Assembly: GCA_018398765.1 (NCBI GenBank)
Contig: JAHBMJ010000082.1
Location: forward strand, 1-57,570
DNA: 57,570 nt
Origin: Chromera velia
Taxonomy: Eukaryota
Direction: 5' to 3'
Positions 1-12,700 of this stretch are shown piece by piece. The notes beneath the pieces were generated by a model. That model did not search any database. It saw only the letters and a list, made by a program, of their open reading frames with translations, and was not told the origin of the DNA. A program made the translations under genes and the position numbers. How positions within the stretch are numbered: position 1 is the first letter of the stretch; each line of letters starts with the position of its first letter.

Positions 1-1060
1 CTCACGGGACAGACTCTCCTTAGATCCTCTTTAGATCAACGTACGGCTTCAACCATATCTGAGCACTCAACCTCGTTTTCACCTTCTTCCCCTTCAAGTT
101 CCCAGAGTGAAGAGAGCGAGGAAGAAGAGGCAGATGATGGAGACGATCTGACAAGTCGACCTCTACAGCGACTCTCTGCTATAAAAACCAAAGACAGAAA
201 CAAAAAAAACAGACAGTGATGCTTGAAATAGAAATGGTTGACAATAGAAAACGGAGTAAACAGAGAACATACGAAAGGGACACAAACGCAAATATTATTG
301 GAAGACAGAAAACAGATTCACACTTTGAATACTAACCAGTTTCCCTTGTGTCCCCTTTCATCTCCGTTTTTTCTTATTTTTTCTGAGTCTTCTACCCTCT
401 CTTCGACTTCGTTTTTTTCCTTCTTAACTCGCTTAAGTTCTCTAGCGGCACGGTCTCTTTTTTTTTCAAACTCGTCTGCTCCCTTGCTTCCTTCAGACAA
501 CCTCTCTGTGAATGGCTCAGTATCAGAAACAATTTCATCGTTGTTCTGCTCCTCTTCAACCATTTCATCATCTTAGATAATGAAAGAATTCATTGAGTCC
601 TCGCTGTCTAGCCTCGCTGTCTTCATCCTCTGATTCCTCCCCCTTTCCCGCTTCTTTCGCTTCTAAGTCGAGATACTTCTTCGTCGCACTTTTCTTTTCT
701 TTCTGCCGAGCCGATGCAGAGGACGCAGGTGTCATGCACTAAATTATCTAGTATCTTCATCTGTTCTCGCAGATTGTACGCTTTAGTAGAACCTTCTGAA
801 ACGAGAATTGCCGAAGACGCTCTGGATGCTTCTGCTAGACGGAAGAGATTGAGACGTTCGGGTGTATCCACCCATCTTGGTATGGCAGGTGTTTGATCAC
901 GACCAGTCTCTTGCTCCTCAAGTCTCTTCCGCTTCCCCAACTTCTTCTTTTCATCTCATTTCTTTCCACCGTCTTTGTTACCCTTTCGCTTTCGACCGGC
1001 AGATGCCCCTTTAAGCAGCAACAGGAAGAGAAGAGCACAGAGAAAGTAGAGGACCCTCAT
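1..1060 (-). pseudogene. Disrupted gene for a signal-peptide-bearing, charged/acidic hypothetical protein (runs off window start)
   Basis: ATG at 1060 reads MRVLYFLCALLFLLLLKGASA-GRKRK... (signal-peptide-like). In-frame TGA at 958-956, the same frame continues as ORF 940-623, then frameshifts/stops lead into an acidic segment (563-318). Probable intron ~324-180. Upstream acceptor (~1077) and GTAAGT donor (~1873) suggest a 5' UTR intron. Confidence 0.5.
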
Positions 1061-1130
1061 CCCCACCGACAGCTACTGGATTGGTTGATTGATTGATAGA
1101 TGATTAATTGATTGATTGATTAACTGACTA

Positions 1131-1751
1131 GGGTATGACACTCTTGAGCCTCGTCAGTCAGTTTCACTCAGCAATACCCCCCTTTCATCCCGTATACAAC
1201 ACATCAATATGTCAAAACATGTTTTTTGTGGTTATTGGACCAAAAGAACCAAATAAAAATAAAAAGTCTACCAGTCTTTGAATGATTTTGACCTGAAAAC
1301 ACTCAAAAACATGTTGGTGCCAACAAAAGTTCTGATTTGCCGGTTCTGGCGGTTTAGGAACCAAAACACCCCCCTCTGAAACTAAATGATAAGACCTTCC
1401 ATTATATTTATTTCACTTTGTTTTGAGTTCTTTTGCATGAAAGACTTTATGGAACCAAGAATTGCTCTGGTTTTTGATGGTTCAGATGAGTTCCAGAAGT
1501 TTTTATTATGAGTTCATCGGTTTAAGAACCACCATCGTATGGAGAGCTGGAACCAACATTGGCATACGACCTATAACTGTGCAGAACCCCCCCTCTTTCT
1601 TTTGAACCACCCTAAAAACGTATTTTTCTTGTATATCAAGATGTTTTCTCTTCAAAAAAAGATGTGAACGGGTGAAAATAAATGCATCAAATGCAGTTCT
1701 TGCTGCTAGAACTCTCTGTGTATCGTAAAGTGTCTGCAGAGTGTCATACCC
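1131..1751. mobile_element. Non-autonomous TIR DNA transposon (MITE), TA or CTAG target site
   Basis: Perfect 17-nt inverted pair CTAGGGTATGACACTCT (1128-1144) / AGAGTGTCATACCCTAG (1738-1754). AT-rich non-coding interior with many GAACC/GGTTC motifs; interrupts a (TTGA)n tract that continues on both sides. Confidence 0.8.
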
Positions 1752-1989
1752 TAGTTGACTGATTAATTGAAAAACCACCGTCAAACACCGTGGAGAAACA
1801 GAAATACAGATGTTCGCTGGTATGCTCGCTTGAAGACAGTCTGAAGACCTAGCTGAAGACACAGGAGACTTACTCCCGACACTCAGAAAGGATTCCTTCA
1901 GCTAGTCCTTCAGTGAACATCTGTGATCACTATATACAAAGTTGACGACCCGAAGTCTCGATCATTTAAAAAATGAGATCGAGACTTGC

Positions 1990-2200
1990 GACACATGCAT
2001 GGCTTTCGACTTTGGAAATTAATAAATTATGCTTCATGCATGCAATACCTCAACGCGCAATGCGCGCGCGCCCATGCACTCTGCATGGTGTGCGATTTGG
2101 CAACCCATGCATGCAGATTGATCCATACACGTACACTGAGCTAGCCAGTGGAGCGGAGCTAGCTTGCAGCTGCTTAAATATATATTGACTTTTTTCCTCC
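1990..2200. promoter_or_regulatory. TGCATG/CGCG-rich putative divergent promoter region
   Basis: Several TGCATG/CATGCA motifs and a GCGCGCGCG run between the 5' ends of the minus-strand pseudogene and the plus-strand hydrolase. Confidence 0.45.
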
Positions 2201-2395
2201 AATTCTGATCACCCCAGTGTCAGATTTCTGAATTCTTTAAGTGTGGTTGCTTGATCGCTCGACTTGAATCTTCGTCGAAGGCCGTGCTTCGTTGCAGCAA
2301 CCCCCAGCAACCGCCAGCAACACAAGACTCTGAACAACACACGTACATACATATTAATATAAAGCTGAACAACACATAGAGACCCTCGACAGAAG

Positions 2396-3496
2396 ATGAT
2401 TGACCCTTCAGCCCTCGTGTTTCCGACATGGGCCCTGAAAAGCACGTACAGTGCGCAAAGTTTCCCTGACAATTTGATCTACATTCCGTACGACCGTGAA
2501 GAGGATCGAGGAGCGAGGTTTCCAGCCCTCCTTCTGAGGTGCAGTCAGCCAACTCGGTATCTGATCCTGTACTTCCACGGAAACGCCGAAGATCTGGGAG
2601 CAGTGTTCCCTTTCCTGCAAGACCTACAAAGCACGCTCACGTGCCACGCAATGGCCGTCGAGTACCCAGGTCTGTCTCCCAGTTCGCACATGCACACCTA
2701 GTCTAATGTACACTGTCAGGCGCATGAATAAAAACGGAACAGATAAGCAATCGTCACGTGACTCAACCATTGAGCGCCCATGTGCGTGCGACTGCAGGCT
2801 ATGGGATCTGCCCGGGACATCCTACAGCGGACAGAGTGGTGCGACAAGGACACGCTACGATGAAAGTCATTCGGGACGTCCTGCGTTGGCCTCTGGATTC
2901 TGTGATTCTTCTCGGAAGATCAGTCGGTGGGTCACACACGCACATCATCTTTTCCCTCCTTTCCTTCCTCCCTCACGTCCTGTACATACACCTACACAAA
3001 GCCACATATGCGCACCTAAACGCAAATATGCGGTATTTACTTTTGCAGAGTCTCGCGCAATTTCACTAACCGTCTCTTCTATTTCATCATCCGCACCTCA
3101 TTCCCTCCCACCCTGCCTCCCTCCGTGACCCAATCCCTTTGAGTTCTTTCTCTATTCCACCATGAATCATCATCCTAGCTCCTTGGTCTTCTGTCCTGCA
3201 TTTCTCTATATATGCATGTGTTTGCGTGTGTGTAAGTATCCCGGCCGAGTAACATCAAGTGTCGACCTCAAAGTTTTCCTCCTGCTCCATCCCATGTGAA
3301 GTGTTTCTTCTATCATGCGGCAGGAGAGTCCTAGCTCACTTTTGTTTTTGCGCAACTTCATCTAATGCACTGCATCACTGCATGGCATGTTCGTATGAAC
3401 CCGTACAGTGGATTGTCTCTAAGTCTGCATGTGCCTCTCTCTCTCTCTCTCTCGCTCTCTCTCTCACTCTCGCTCTCGCTCTCGCTCTCGCTCTCG

Positions 3497-3529
<33 letters not shown>

Positions 3530-3560
3530 GCTCTCTCTCTCGCTCTCGCTCTCGCTCTCG

Positions 3561-3600
<40 letters not shown>

Positions 3601-5376
3601 CTCGCCGTCAAGATGGCCGCTGCGTGGCCTATTCATGGCCAGTGTCTGCTCTCCCCCTTTTCTTCAGTACAAGAAGTTGGAAAGCTGCGATTCGGCAGGT
3701 GGACTGAGAACCTGGTCTCAATCAACTATCTGAACAGTGAACGCTCCATGGCCAAGGCCCGTCCGTCCGTCCGTCCGTCTGAATTAATTGTCACGTGAAA
3801 TCTAATCAGTCATGTCCATCCATTCAAAATGTCAATACGCATGCACACTCCATGCACATATTCTTCGCATATTCTTCTTCTGCGCACTCCATGCAATGCA
3901 CATATTCTTCGCATGCACACTCCATGCGTACACACTCTCAGACTGAGATGCGTGCACGGTGTTGCATAAGAGGGAGATGGCCGGAGATTCCTGCCATAAA
4001 TTGGTGCTTTCTTTCTTGCATCTAGTTTTTCCTTCAACCACTTCATCACATTTACTCGATCGTCCTGTTGACGGCTCCCGCTGCATGTCGCATCCCAAAA
4101 CTTCATTTTTGGATTTCATTGGTTTCTCTTCTCTCTCTTTGATTGAATTCGAAATCCGCGTGTCTGTCTTTAATTACTTTCCCTCCCTTACATTCGATCG
4201 ATCAATCGCTATTCCATGCAATGAGTGAGCGGAGTTCTGCTTCATTCCTGATCGATCAATGCAGGTGAAGGTCCCGACGCTGATTATCCACGGGAAAAGT
4301 GACCAGGACATCCCCCCAGACCACGCCCGTCGCTTGTTCGAGGCATGCAGCAGCGCGAAGAAGTTCCTTGTCTGTCCCTCAAGGCTTGACCACAACACAA
4401 ACGTTTTGGCGGACCCGGCGTTCTTCTTTAACCCAATGGTGAAGGTGAGTCACTGACCTGCAGTCAGTCTGGTACGCCCATGGGAGCTCAAGAGGCAGAC
4501 AAGACATAGCTAGCTCAAAGCAGACTAGAGGGAGACATCCGGACTCAGACAGGGAAACGGAAACGGACCTGACCTGCCAGGCAAAAAAGAAAGAACATTC
4601 GATTCGAAAGTCTCTGACAGACAGACTCAGTCCTAGCTCTGCCAATCCATTCAACCCACTCTATCTCATGCAGTCATGCAGCCTTTCTCTCACTCACCCA
4701 TGCACAGTCCGTCCGCGGGTTCTCATGCAGACAGCCTCCAACATGATTACATTTTCGTTTTTGTTCGATCTATTTTATGTGACCCACCTCAGTCTTGACA
4801 GTCAGTCTGTGACTACCCAGACGAACAGCCAGGCCGACCCAAGCTCTTCTTCTTTTGTGCTATACTCTCTCTTGCTTTCCCTCTCTCTCTTTCTCTCTCT
4901 GTGTGTCAGACTGAGTCACCGTGCATGTCCCAATTAACTGTACGTTACCGACCTGCGTGCAGTTCTTTTCCCTCCCTGGAGGCCGACCTCTGGGACCTCA
5001 GACCGAATTGCGCCCCCTGCCTCTTCGATTTTTCTCCCCTTCCGAGTCGCCTCCAATCGAAAGGTCCCCCCGTGCCGTTTGTAGGGTGGGAGGGGAAACC
5101 CTGTCGAATCTCTTGGCGGCAGAGATAGAGACAGAGACGCGAACAGTTCCTCACTCACTGACAGAAGAGGAAGCAGCCAGTGTGGGAGTGCAGTCGGATG
5201 ATGCTGAGGTTGAGGAGCCCTCGTTGGAGTCCCCTCCGTCTCCTGAAGGAGTAGCGCTGCCACTGCCAGGGCAGGGGGGGGCTACAGCAGGGAGCAAAGA
5301 GAAAAAGGGTTTCTGGGGTGTGCTTGTTGACTTTGTACAGAGAGGTGTCAGATTTGTCCTGGGTCTCGGTTTTTAG
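2396..5376 (+). CDS. Alpha/beta hydrolase, ABHD17/ABHD13-like (multi-exon)
   Basis: Exons 2396-2669, 2798-2926, ~3600-3756, 4265-4444, 4963-5376. Motifs LYFHGNAEDLG, AVEYPGYG, nucleophile GRSVG, LLSPFSS, PTLIIHGKSD (Asp), LDHN (His). The exon 3 acceptor is unresolved. Confidence 0.9.
3435..3603. repeat. (CT)n/(CTCGCT)n microsatellite
   Basis: Direct reading; abuts hydrolase exon 3. Confidence 0.95.
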
Positions 5377-6131
5377 AAAAGAAAGATCGGTCGGTCAAGT
5401 GGTCCTGGTTGGTTGAAGAGACGTTCCGCCTGCATGAAGTGAATTCAGGGGAAATCTTTGTGCATGGGTAGGGGAGGTTGAGAAGGCTGTCAGTGAATGA
5501 ACAGGGAGAGCTGGAGCAGTAGTGAAAGGAGATAATTAAAGATCAACAATCTCCCTCCATCCCGTCCCTTCATTCACGGAGGGAGGGCCGGATCGAGCAT
5601 TGGAGCTCTTGGACATCATGCATCTTGGCAGCTTTGCAAAAGATAGTGAGTGCATGGGACAGCTTCCTTCCTGCAGTCTCGTGTCGTCTCATCTCCTCAG
5701 CTCTGTCCCATGCAGGGCACTCGAGCTGGACGTACGCATCTATGATCCGATCCGACATTTTAATTGGCAGCAAGCTTCGACGACATGCATGCAATGCAGT
5801 CACTCTGGCGGGGGGCCTGGTTTGAGTTCATTGCCTCTTCTAAGCTAGCTCTGCATGAGCCGGTATGGGGGGTTGAAGACTCAGACTCGTGGAAGAGAAG
5901 GATAGAACGAGAATATGTGCATGGTCTCAAATTGGATTGCTCGGGGGGAGAGGGGGGCGGGGGGGGGTGCTTGGGGGCACGCATGCAAGTACTGCATGGG
6001 TGGGGGATGCAGTCCCATGCATGTATAAAATTAATTCAATGCATGCATTTTGACAAGCATGCAGGTTCAGATCGATCATGCAATCAAAAGATCGACTGCG
6101 CATGCCCTAAAAATGCCAGCTAGGAAGAAAG

Positions 6132-6193
6132 NNNNNNNNNNNNNNNNNNNNNNNNNNNNNNNNNNNNNNNNNNNNNNNNNNNNNNNNNNNNNN
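6132..6193. other. Assembly gap
   Basis: Run of N followed by poly-G. Confidence 1.
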
Positions 6194-7410
6194 GGGGGGG
6201 GGGGGAAGGTTCCTTCCAAAAGACGAAGAGGAAGAGCTAGCCGTTGGTTTAATTTTTGTGAAAGAAATGACTGCATCTCCAAAGACGGGAAGGGAACCTT
6301 TGTGCGATGGACGCATGGAGAGAAGGCAAGAAAGAGAGCCACAGAACCAACCCACTGGGGTATGAGCAAATGAGCGCAGTTGGAAAACTGAGTGAGTGCC
6401 TGCATGGCGGGATGGATGGAACAGATCCTACTCCAGCAGGAGTGTCACTGAATCGAGGCAGAGGAGAGGAAGATATAACATGCATGCAACCTTTTGATCC
6501 TCCTACTCACTCACTCACTGACTGACTGTTTTCTGAACAAAACGAAAGTTGACAGATACGCGCGAACAGAGAAGACGAAAGATCGGAAAGGGAGAGAGAG
6601 CGTGTCATGGACCGTGCACGTACCCTGAAGGACCGATCCATTAAATTATCCTCCCACATGAATTTGGTCAATCCAAGCATCGAACAGAGAAACGGAAATC
6701 AAAAGAAAAGCGGGGACTAGACGGAGAGATAGAGAAGACACACACACATACACACACACACACACACACACGTACACACACACACACACACACACACATA
6801 CTGACACCGAGAGGGAGGGAGAGAGAGCTAGAGAGGGGATTTCGCATCACGCTTCTGTTCTTCGACGTGAGGGGAGTGTTCAGGTCAATGAAACGGGTGA
6901 CAAAGAGGGCTGTTATTTTGCTTTTCTTGCTGTACAACTGTGCATACATTACTCTTCATATTTGCCTTTTCTTTCTGCGCACCTGTAAAAATTGAGTCCA
7001 AAATCACTGAATTGGGCGAATCTATCGATTTCGTTACTTGCAACTTGTTTTGCTTGGTGTTGCGTTGTCCAGTGTCCTTGTGAATCGGCAGCTTGCAAGG
7101 AACGTCCATTTCTTTCTCAAGATCGAACGGTTACCCGGCCTCATGCAGTTCCTTTTTTTCTTTCTCAAGGATCGAGGCAAGACTGGTCGTGCGCTTCGAT
7201 CGATCTGCACTTTTGTTTTTTGCAGTTTTCTCTTTCGATCGCTTAATTCGTTTTTTGGACTCACGGGTTTGTTTCGTAACTTTTCTTTTACCCGCCCGGC
7301 CTTTTTCATCTTTCTTCCCTAGCTTCTTTCATTTCTTCCTTTCTGGCTTCCGTTAATTGTTCCTCTTTTCTTTGTTTCCGATACTTCTGGCTGGCATGTG
7401 ATGTGCCCCC

Positions 7411-7890
7411 ACTGACGTTGAGCTTGCCTTCTGTCGAGGAGTGGCCGTTCTGTGCCCTTACTGACGTTGAGCTTGCCTTCTGTCGAGGAGTGGCCGTTGC
7501 GCGCTCTCACTGACGTTGAGCTTGCCTTCTGTCGAGGAGTGGCCGTTCTGTGCTCTCAGTGACGTCGAGCTTGCCTTCTGTCGAGGAGTGGCCGTTGTGC
7601 GCCCTCACTGACGTTGAGCTGCCTTCTGTCGAGGAGTGGCCGTTGCGCGCTCTCACTGACGTTGAGTTTGCCTTCTGTCGAGGAGTGGCCGTTCTGTGCC
7701 CTCACTGACGTTGAGCTTGCCTTCTGTCGAGGAGTGGCCGTTCTGTGCCCTCACTGACGTTGAGCTTGCCTTCTGTCAAGGAGTGGCCGTTCCGTGCTCT
7801 CAGTGACGTTGAGCTTGCCTTCTGTCGAGGAGTGGCCGTTCCGTGCTCTCACTGACGTTGAGCTTGCCTTCTGTCGAGGAGTGGCCGTTC
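7411..7890. repeat. 49-bp minisatellite, about 10 copies
   Basis: Unit ACTGACGTTGAGCTTGCCTTCTGTCGAGGAGTGGCCGTTCTGTGCCCTC starting at 7411, 7460, 7509, 7558, 7607, ~7655, 7704, 7753, 7802, 7851; variation mostly in the last ~10 nt. Confidence 0.95.
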
Positions 7891-9742
7891 AGCAGGTCAC
7901 CTTAAGTGTGTGCCTGTCCCGTCGGGTTAAATGAGGAAGGACTGTTTGTACGCTTTGGCTCCGTCCGTCCGTCCGTCCAAGTAAATCTGAATCACAGTGA
8001 CTCACCGTGACTCCTCTGCGAACCTGAAATGAAAGATCCGTGCATGCACGCGCATCCCTCTAGCTGACAGTTCAATTCAAGGACGACAGAGGACAAAAGA
8101 AATGAAAGGTGTGGGGTTCATTTTTTCTTTCCGTGCATGGTTTGCGTTTTTTGTTCTTTTCCTGCGGGTGCTTTTTGTTCTGTTGGTGCACGTGTCCGTA
8201 AAAGAAGAGGCGCGTCTTCTCATGATTTTTCTTTTTGATAGCCCTTCTTCTTCTTCTCTTTTTTGCTTTTTGTCCGACGCCCACTATGTATGTTTTTGTC
8301 ACCCTTTCCGATTTTTTGCATCCACCATTTGACGTACTGTCTTTTTTCTGTTTTGCATGACTTGTGGGCTTGCACTTTTTTTGTGTTGGGCTGAAGCTGG
8401 CCGGGTCTCACCTCGCCCCTGTTACTTTTCACAGAGTGCATGGTAGGGGCGGCTTTGTGTCCTTTCTTTTCCTTTCCTTTCCTTTGCTTGGATCAAGAGC
8501 CTCGATCGTTTCCTTTTCTTGCGTGACTCAGAGGCCTTGGGCTCTCTAACTTCCTTTTCTCCATGTCGTTCGGGGACACGTAGCGTGCAGAGCGAATGAA
8601 GCGGTGAAGCCGTGTGCATCACGTCGGTCTCTCCCCAGAAGAACTCTCTCTAGCCATGCAGAAGTATCGTGCAGCCTTTCATGCAGTCATTCATTCGTCT
8701 GTCAGTTGAATCAAAAGTGTTTTTCTTCGCTTTGGCGATGGTCCCCAAAAGAAGAGGTTTTGCTCAGGAGAAATTCTTTTCAGCAAGGCTTTTTCTTCAA
8801 ATTCATAATAATTTTGATTCATTCAGTACTCGGTTGGATTAAAATCGTCTCTCCCCTCGATCCGCCTTCAGGCAAAGTGAAAATCACAAACGACTCAGAG
8901 GCATTGCAATCTCATCATGATTGGCCCGGATTGATTCCTCTCAGAAAGACAAGTCTTGCCCCCCAAAGTTGGCTTCTTTGTTTCAATTTTTTATTTAATG
9001 AACTCGTTCCATCTCCTTGACTCTTTGAGAACCTCTTGTTCTAGATTATTGATGTAACATTAAAGAAGACAACACTGAAAAAACATTTCATTGACATGTG
9101 CGTTGCTGCTGAATCACTCATTGGCACTCAAACGCCAGAAGCTCGAAAATAGGCTCATCATTATCATCCGAATCATCATTTACGTTATTGTTATCATAAT
9201 AGACTAATGATAATATACTATTCAAAAACTGAGATTCATTCACTCTATAGATTACGACTATAATATAACAATAGTGAGTCCATCTTATGAATTAAGATAA
9301 GAATATGCGATTCTTATTGATCAATTATTATGCTAGACATGGATATTACTAGGCCTAGTAGGCCGGTAAATAATAGTAAATTGTTGTAGTCTAACTTGAA
9401 TTTTAAATTTTAATTTGAATTACCAGTGATCGAGGCCTGATACTATGTTTTACTCTAGATTTTACTATTCTAATTTACTTCACATGACTCTAAATTCCTT
9501 TAAATTACTTAAAATTACTCAGCTAAATAATAATAATTACTTGTAGAATTACTTAGAGTTACTTAAAGTTGCACTGGCAAGGTGCGGCTGCTACAAGCCA
9601 CAGATGTTTATACCAATGTTCTTGCAATAATTTAATTGACATGCAGTCAATACACAGCACGCAGAGACCTGCAGGGATGCCAAGGACCTCCAACTGGGGC
9701 CCAACACCTTCTATATTGACTTTTTTCTTTTGGGTGTGCTGG

Positions 9743-12700
9743 TTATCCTCCCCTCCCACGTCCCGCCTCCCTTCCCATTCTGTCCCTCCCCATGCCCCTG
9801 CTTGCCGTTCTCCTCTTCATCTCCACCTCTTCTAGGAAGCCGTCGAGTGCAGCGTCCTCATCGAGGTCCAGACCGTCCAGGGCATCGTCAAGGGCACTCT
9901 CGAAGTCGAAGTCCAAAAACGTGCACAGAGCCTCCGTGAAGGGGTCCTGAACCCCAACAGCAGAGTCAGCAGAGACTTGGACGGGTACTGATGCCGGAGA
10001 GATGTCTGCTCTGACCGTATCTTGGACAATCGGCCTCTTCTCTTCTTCTTGTGTTGCCTTCTCAGCCTTCCTTTCCAGGCCGTGCACTTCTTTGAGAATT
10101 CTGTTGACTGCCTTGTCGATCGTCTCGTCCCGCCCTCCTGCAGCCTCATCGAATCTCTCTGCATCCTTCAGGGCAGGGGACTTTGTGTTCCCCCCTGTGC
10201 CTGCAGGTGTGTCCGTGTTGGGTTCTTTGGTTTCGTTGTCGAACAGGGGGATGCACCCGCCCTCGCAACGGCAGGAGCCCCCCAGGAAGGAGGGGAGGGT
10301 CTGCAGNNNNNNNNNNNNNNNNNNNNNNNNNNNNNNNNNNNNNNNNNNNNNNNNNNNNNNNNNNNNNNNNNNNNNNNNNNNNNNNNNNNNNNNNNNNNNN
10401 NNNNNNNNNNNNNNNNNNNNNNNNNNNNNNNNNNNNNNNNNNNNNNNNNNNNNNNNNNNNNNNNNNNNNNNNNNNNNNNNNNNNNNNNNNNNNNNNNNNN
10501 NNNNNNNNNNNNNNNNNNNNNNNNNNNNNNNNNNNNNNNNNNNNNNNNNNNNNNNNNNNNNNNNNNNNNNNNNNNNNNNNNNNNNNNNNNNNNNNNNNNN
10601 NNNNNNNNNNNNNNNNNNNNNNNNNNNNNNNNNNNNNNNNNNNNNNNNNNNNNNNNNNNNNNNNNNNNNNNNNNNNNNNNNNNNNNNNNNNNNNNNNNNN
10701 NNNNNNNNNNNNNNNNNNNNNNNNNNNNNNNNNNNNNNNNNNNNNNNNNNNNNNNNNNNNNNNNNNNNNNNNNNNNNNNNNNNNNNNNNNNNNNNNNNNN
10801 NNNNNNNNNNNNNNNNNNNNNNNNNNNNNNNNNNNNNNNNNNNNNNNNNNNNNNNNNNNNNNNNNNNNNNNNNNNNNNNNNNNNNNNNNNNNNNNNNNNN
10901 NNNNNNNNNNNNNNNNNNNNNNNNNNNNNNNNNNNNNNNNNNNNNNNNNNNNNNNNNNNNNNNNNNNNNNNNNNNNNNNNNNNNNNNNNNNNNNNNNNNN
11001 GGGGGGGGGGGGGAAGATTCTATTGGAGAATATGAAGTAGACAGAGAGGGACACAGAGAGGGGGAGAAACAAAGGGGACAAAAAGGAAGAAGGAGTGAAG
11101 AGAAGCAGAGAGAAAGAAAAGATGAAGAGAGACTGCCTAACCATGCATACCAACATACCCAGCCAGCCAGCCAGCCAGCCTCTCACTTACCTACCTCTGT
11201 CGAGATGATTCCCTCTGCCTTTACAGCAGGGCACTTGGAAGCATCCTTTTTCTTTCCGTTCGTGTTCGAGTGCACGTGAATTTTCTCCAGCGTCTTCTTT
11301 GACTTGACCACTTTGGCAATCGAAAAAAGCACAGAGAAGAATCCGGGGGGGTCCATGATCACCTGCAGACAGCAGACAGGAGCGCAAAACGTTCTTTGTT
11401 CTCTTCGCTTCCCTTCTCTTCTCTTTCCTCTGGTTGATCCAGACAAAGAAACATAGAGAGGGACAGACAGATAGGCAGGCAGACAGCATGACTTGTCTTT
11501 TCTTCCTTTTCTGTCGACCGAGGCTCAGACAGGAGGAGGAACGAATCAGCAGAGAGGGTAGTTAGACAGACAGACAGACAGACTTGCGAATGCTCAGATT
11601 AATTATTTATTTTCTGGTTGTCCCTTGAAACAGACGCTCATTCACTTACCCATCCACCAACCATCCAGACAACGAACCCAGACGCCCACCCCCACACAAA
11701 TGCAGAATTCCCCTGGCATGGGTGAGAACGACGAGCAATCTATCAGCTTTCTCAGTTGAGGGCTTGCCTTATGAGAAGGTGGACATCAGCCTATCCACAC
11801 AGTCAATTGGGCGGGTAACACCTTGATTCTATTTCACCGACCGCGTACCAGACATACCTGTTCTTTGGGGGGCATCCGGAATCTGAGGTACCCTATCCCC
11901 CCCTTCTCCTCCGTACCTCTCTGACAGTACGTCGATCAAAGCGAGGTAGGCAGGTCAAACAATTGGAATTGATTCTCTGCTCTCATAATTCAGTCAATGA
12001 TGCAGCTAGATGATAGTCTCCTCTGTCTGCCTGCCCGCCTGCCTCTGATCAGACAGACCCGCCTCCCCACCTGTTTTTTGAGGAGTTGGGGTGTGAGGAA
12101 GTCCCCCCTCTTCGAGGCCTCCCCCACTGCCCCCAGGAAGCTCCGGTCCATCCGAGAGAAGCTCATGTGGGATCCGTCCACGATGTTGATCTGCAAACAA
12201 ACAAACAAACAAACAAACAAACAAAAAAACAAATAAACAAACAAACAGACAGACAGAGGACACACAAACAAACAAAGAGACAGACAGAGGACACACAAAC
12301 AAACAAACAAACAAACAAATAAACAAACAAACAGACGGACAGAGGACACACACACAAACAAACAAACAAACAAACAAACAGACAGACAGACAGAGGACAC
12401 ACAAACAAACAAACAAACAAACAAACAAAAAAACAAATAAACAAACAAACAGACAGACAGAGGACACACAAACAAACAAAGAGACAGACAGAGGACACAC
12501 AAACAAACAAACAAACAAACAAACAAACAAAAAAACAAATAAACAAACAAACAGACAGACAGAGGACACACACACAAACAAACAAACAAACAGACAGACA
12601 GACAGAGGACACACAAACAAACAAACAAACAAACAAACAAATAAACAAACAAACAAACAGACAGACAGAGGACACACAAACAAACAAACAAACAAACAGA

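Noticed and set aside
7411..7890. CRISPR array
   Set aside because: The variable parts are ~10 nt and related to each other rather than unique spacers; no cas genes; eukaryotic context.
9428..9441. 14-mer TGATCGAGGCCTGA shared with 29583-29596 as a transposon end
   Set aside because: Same orientation, no inverted partner or TSD found, and too short to exclude chance.
10002..11279. ORFs of 285-425 aa
   Set aside because: Open only because they cross the N gap.
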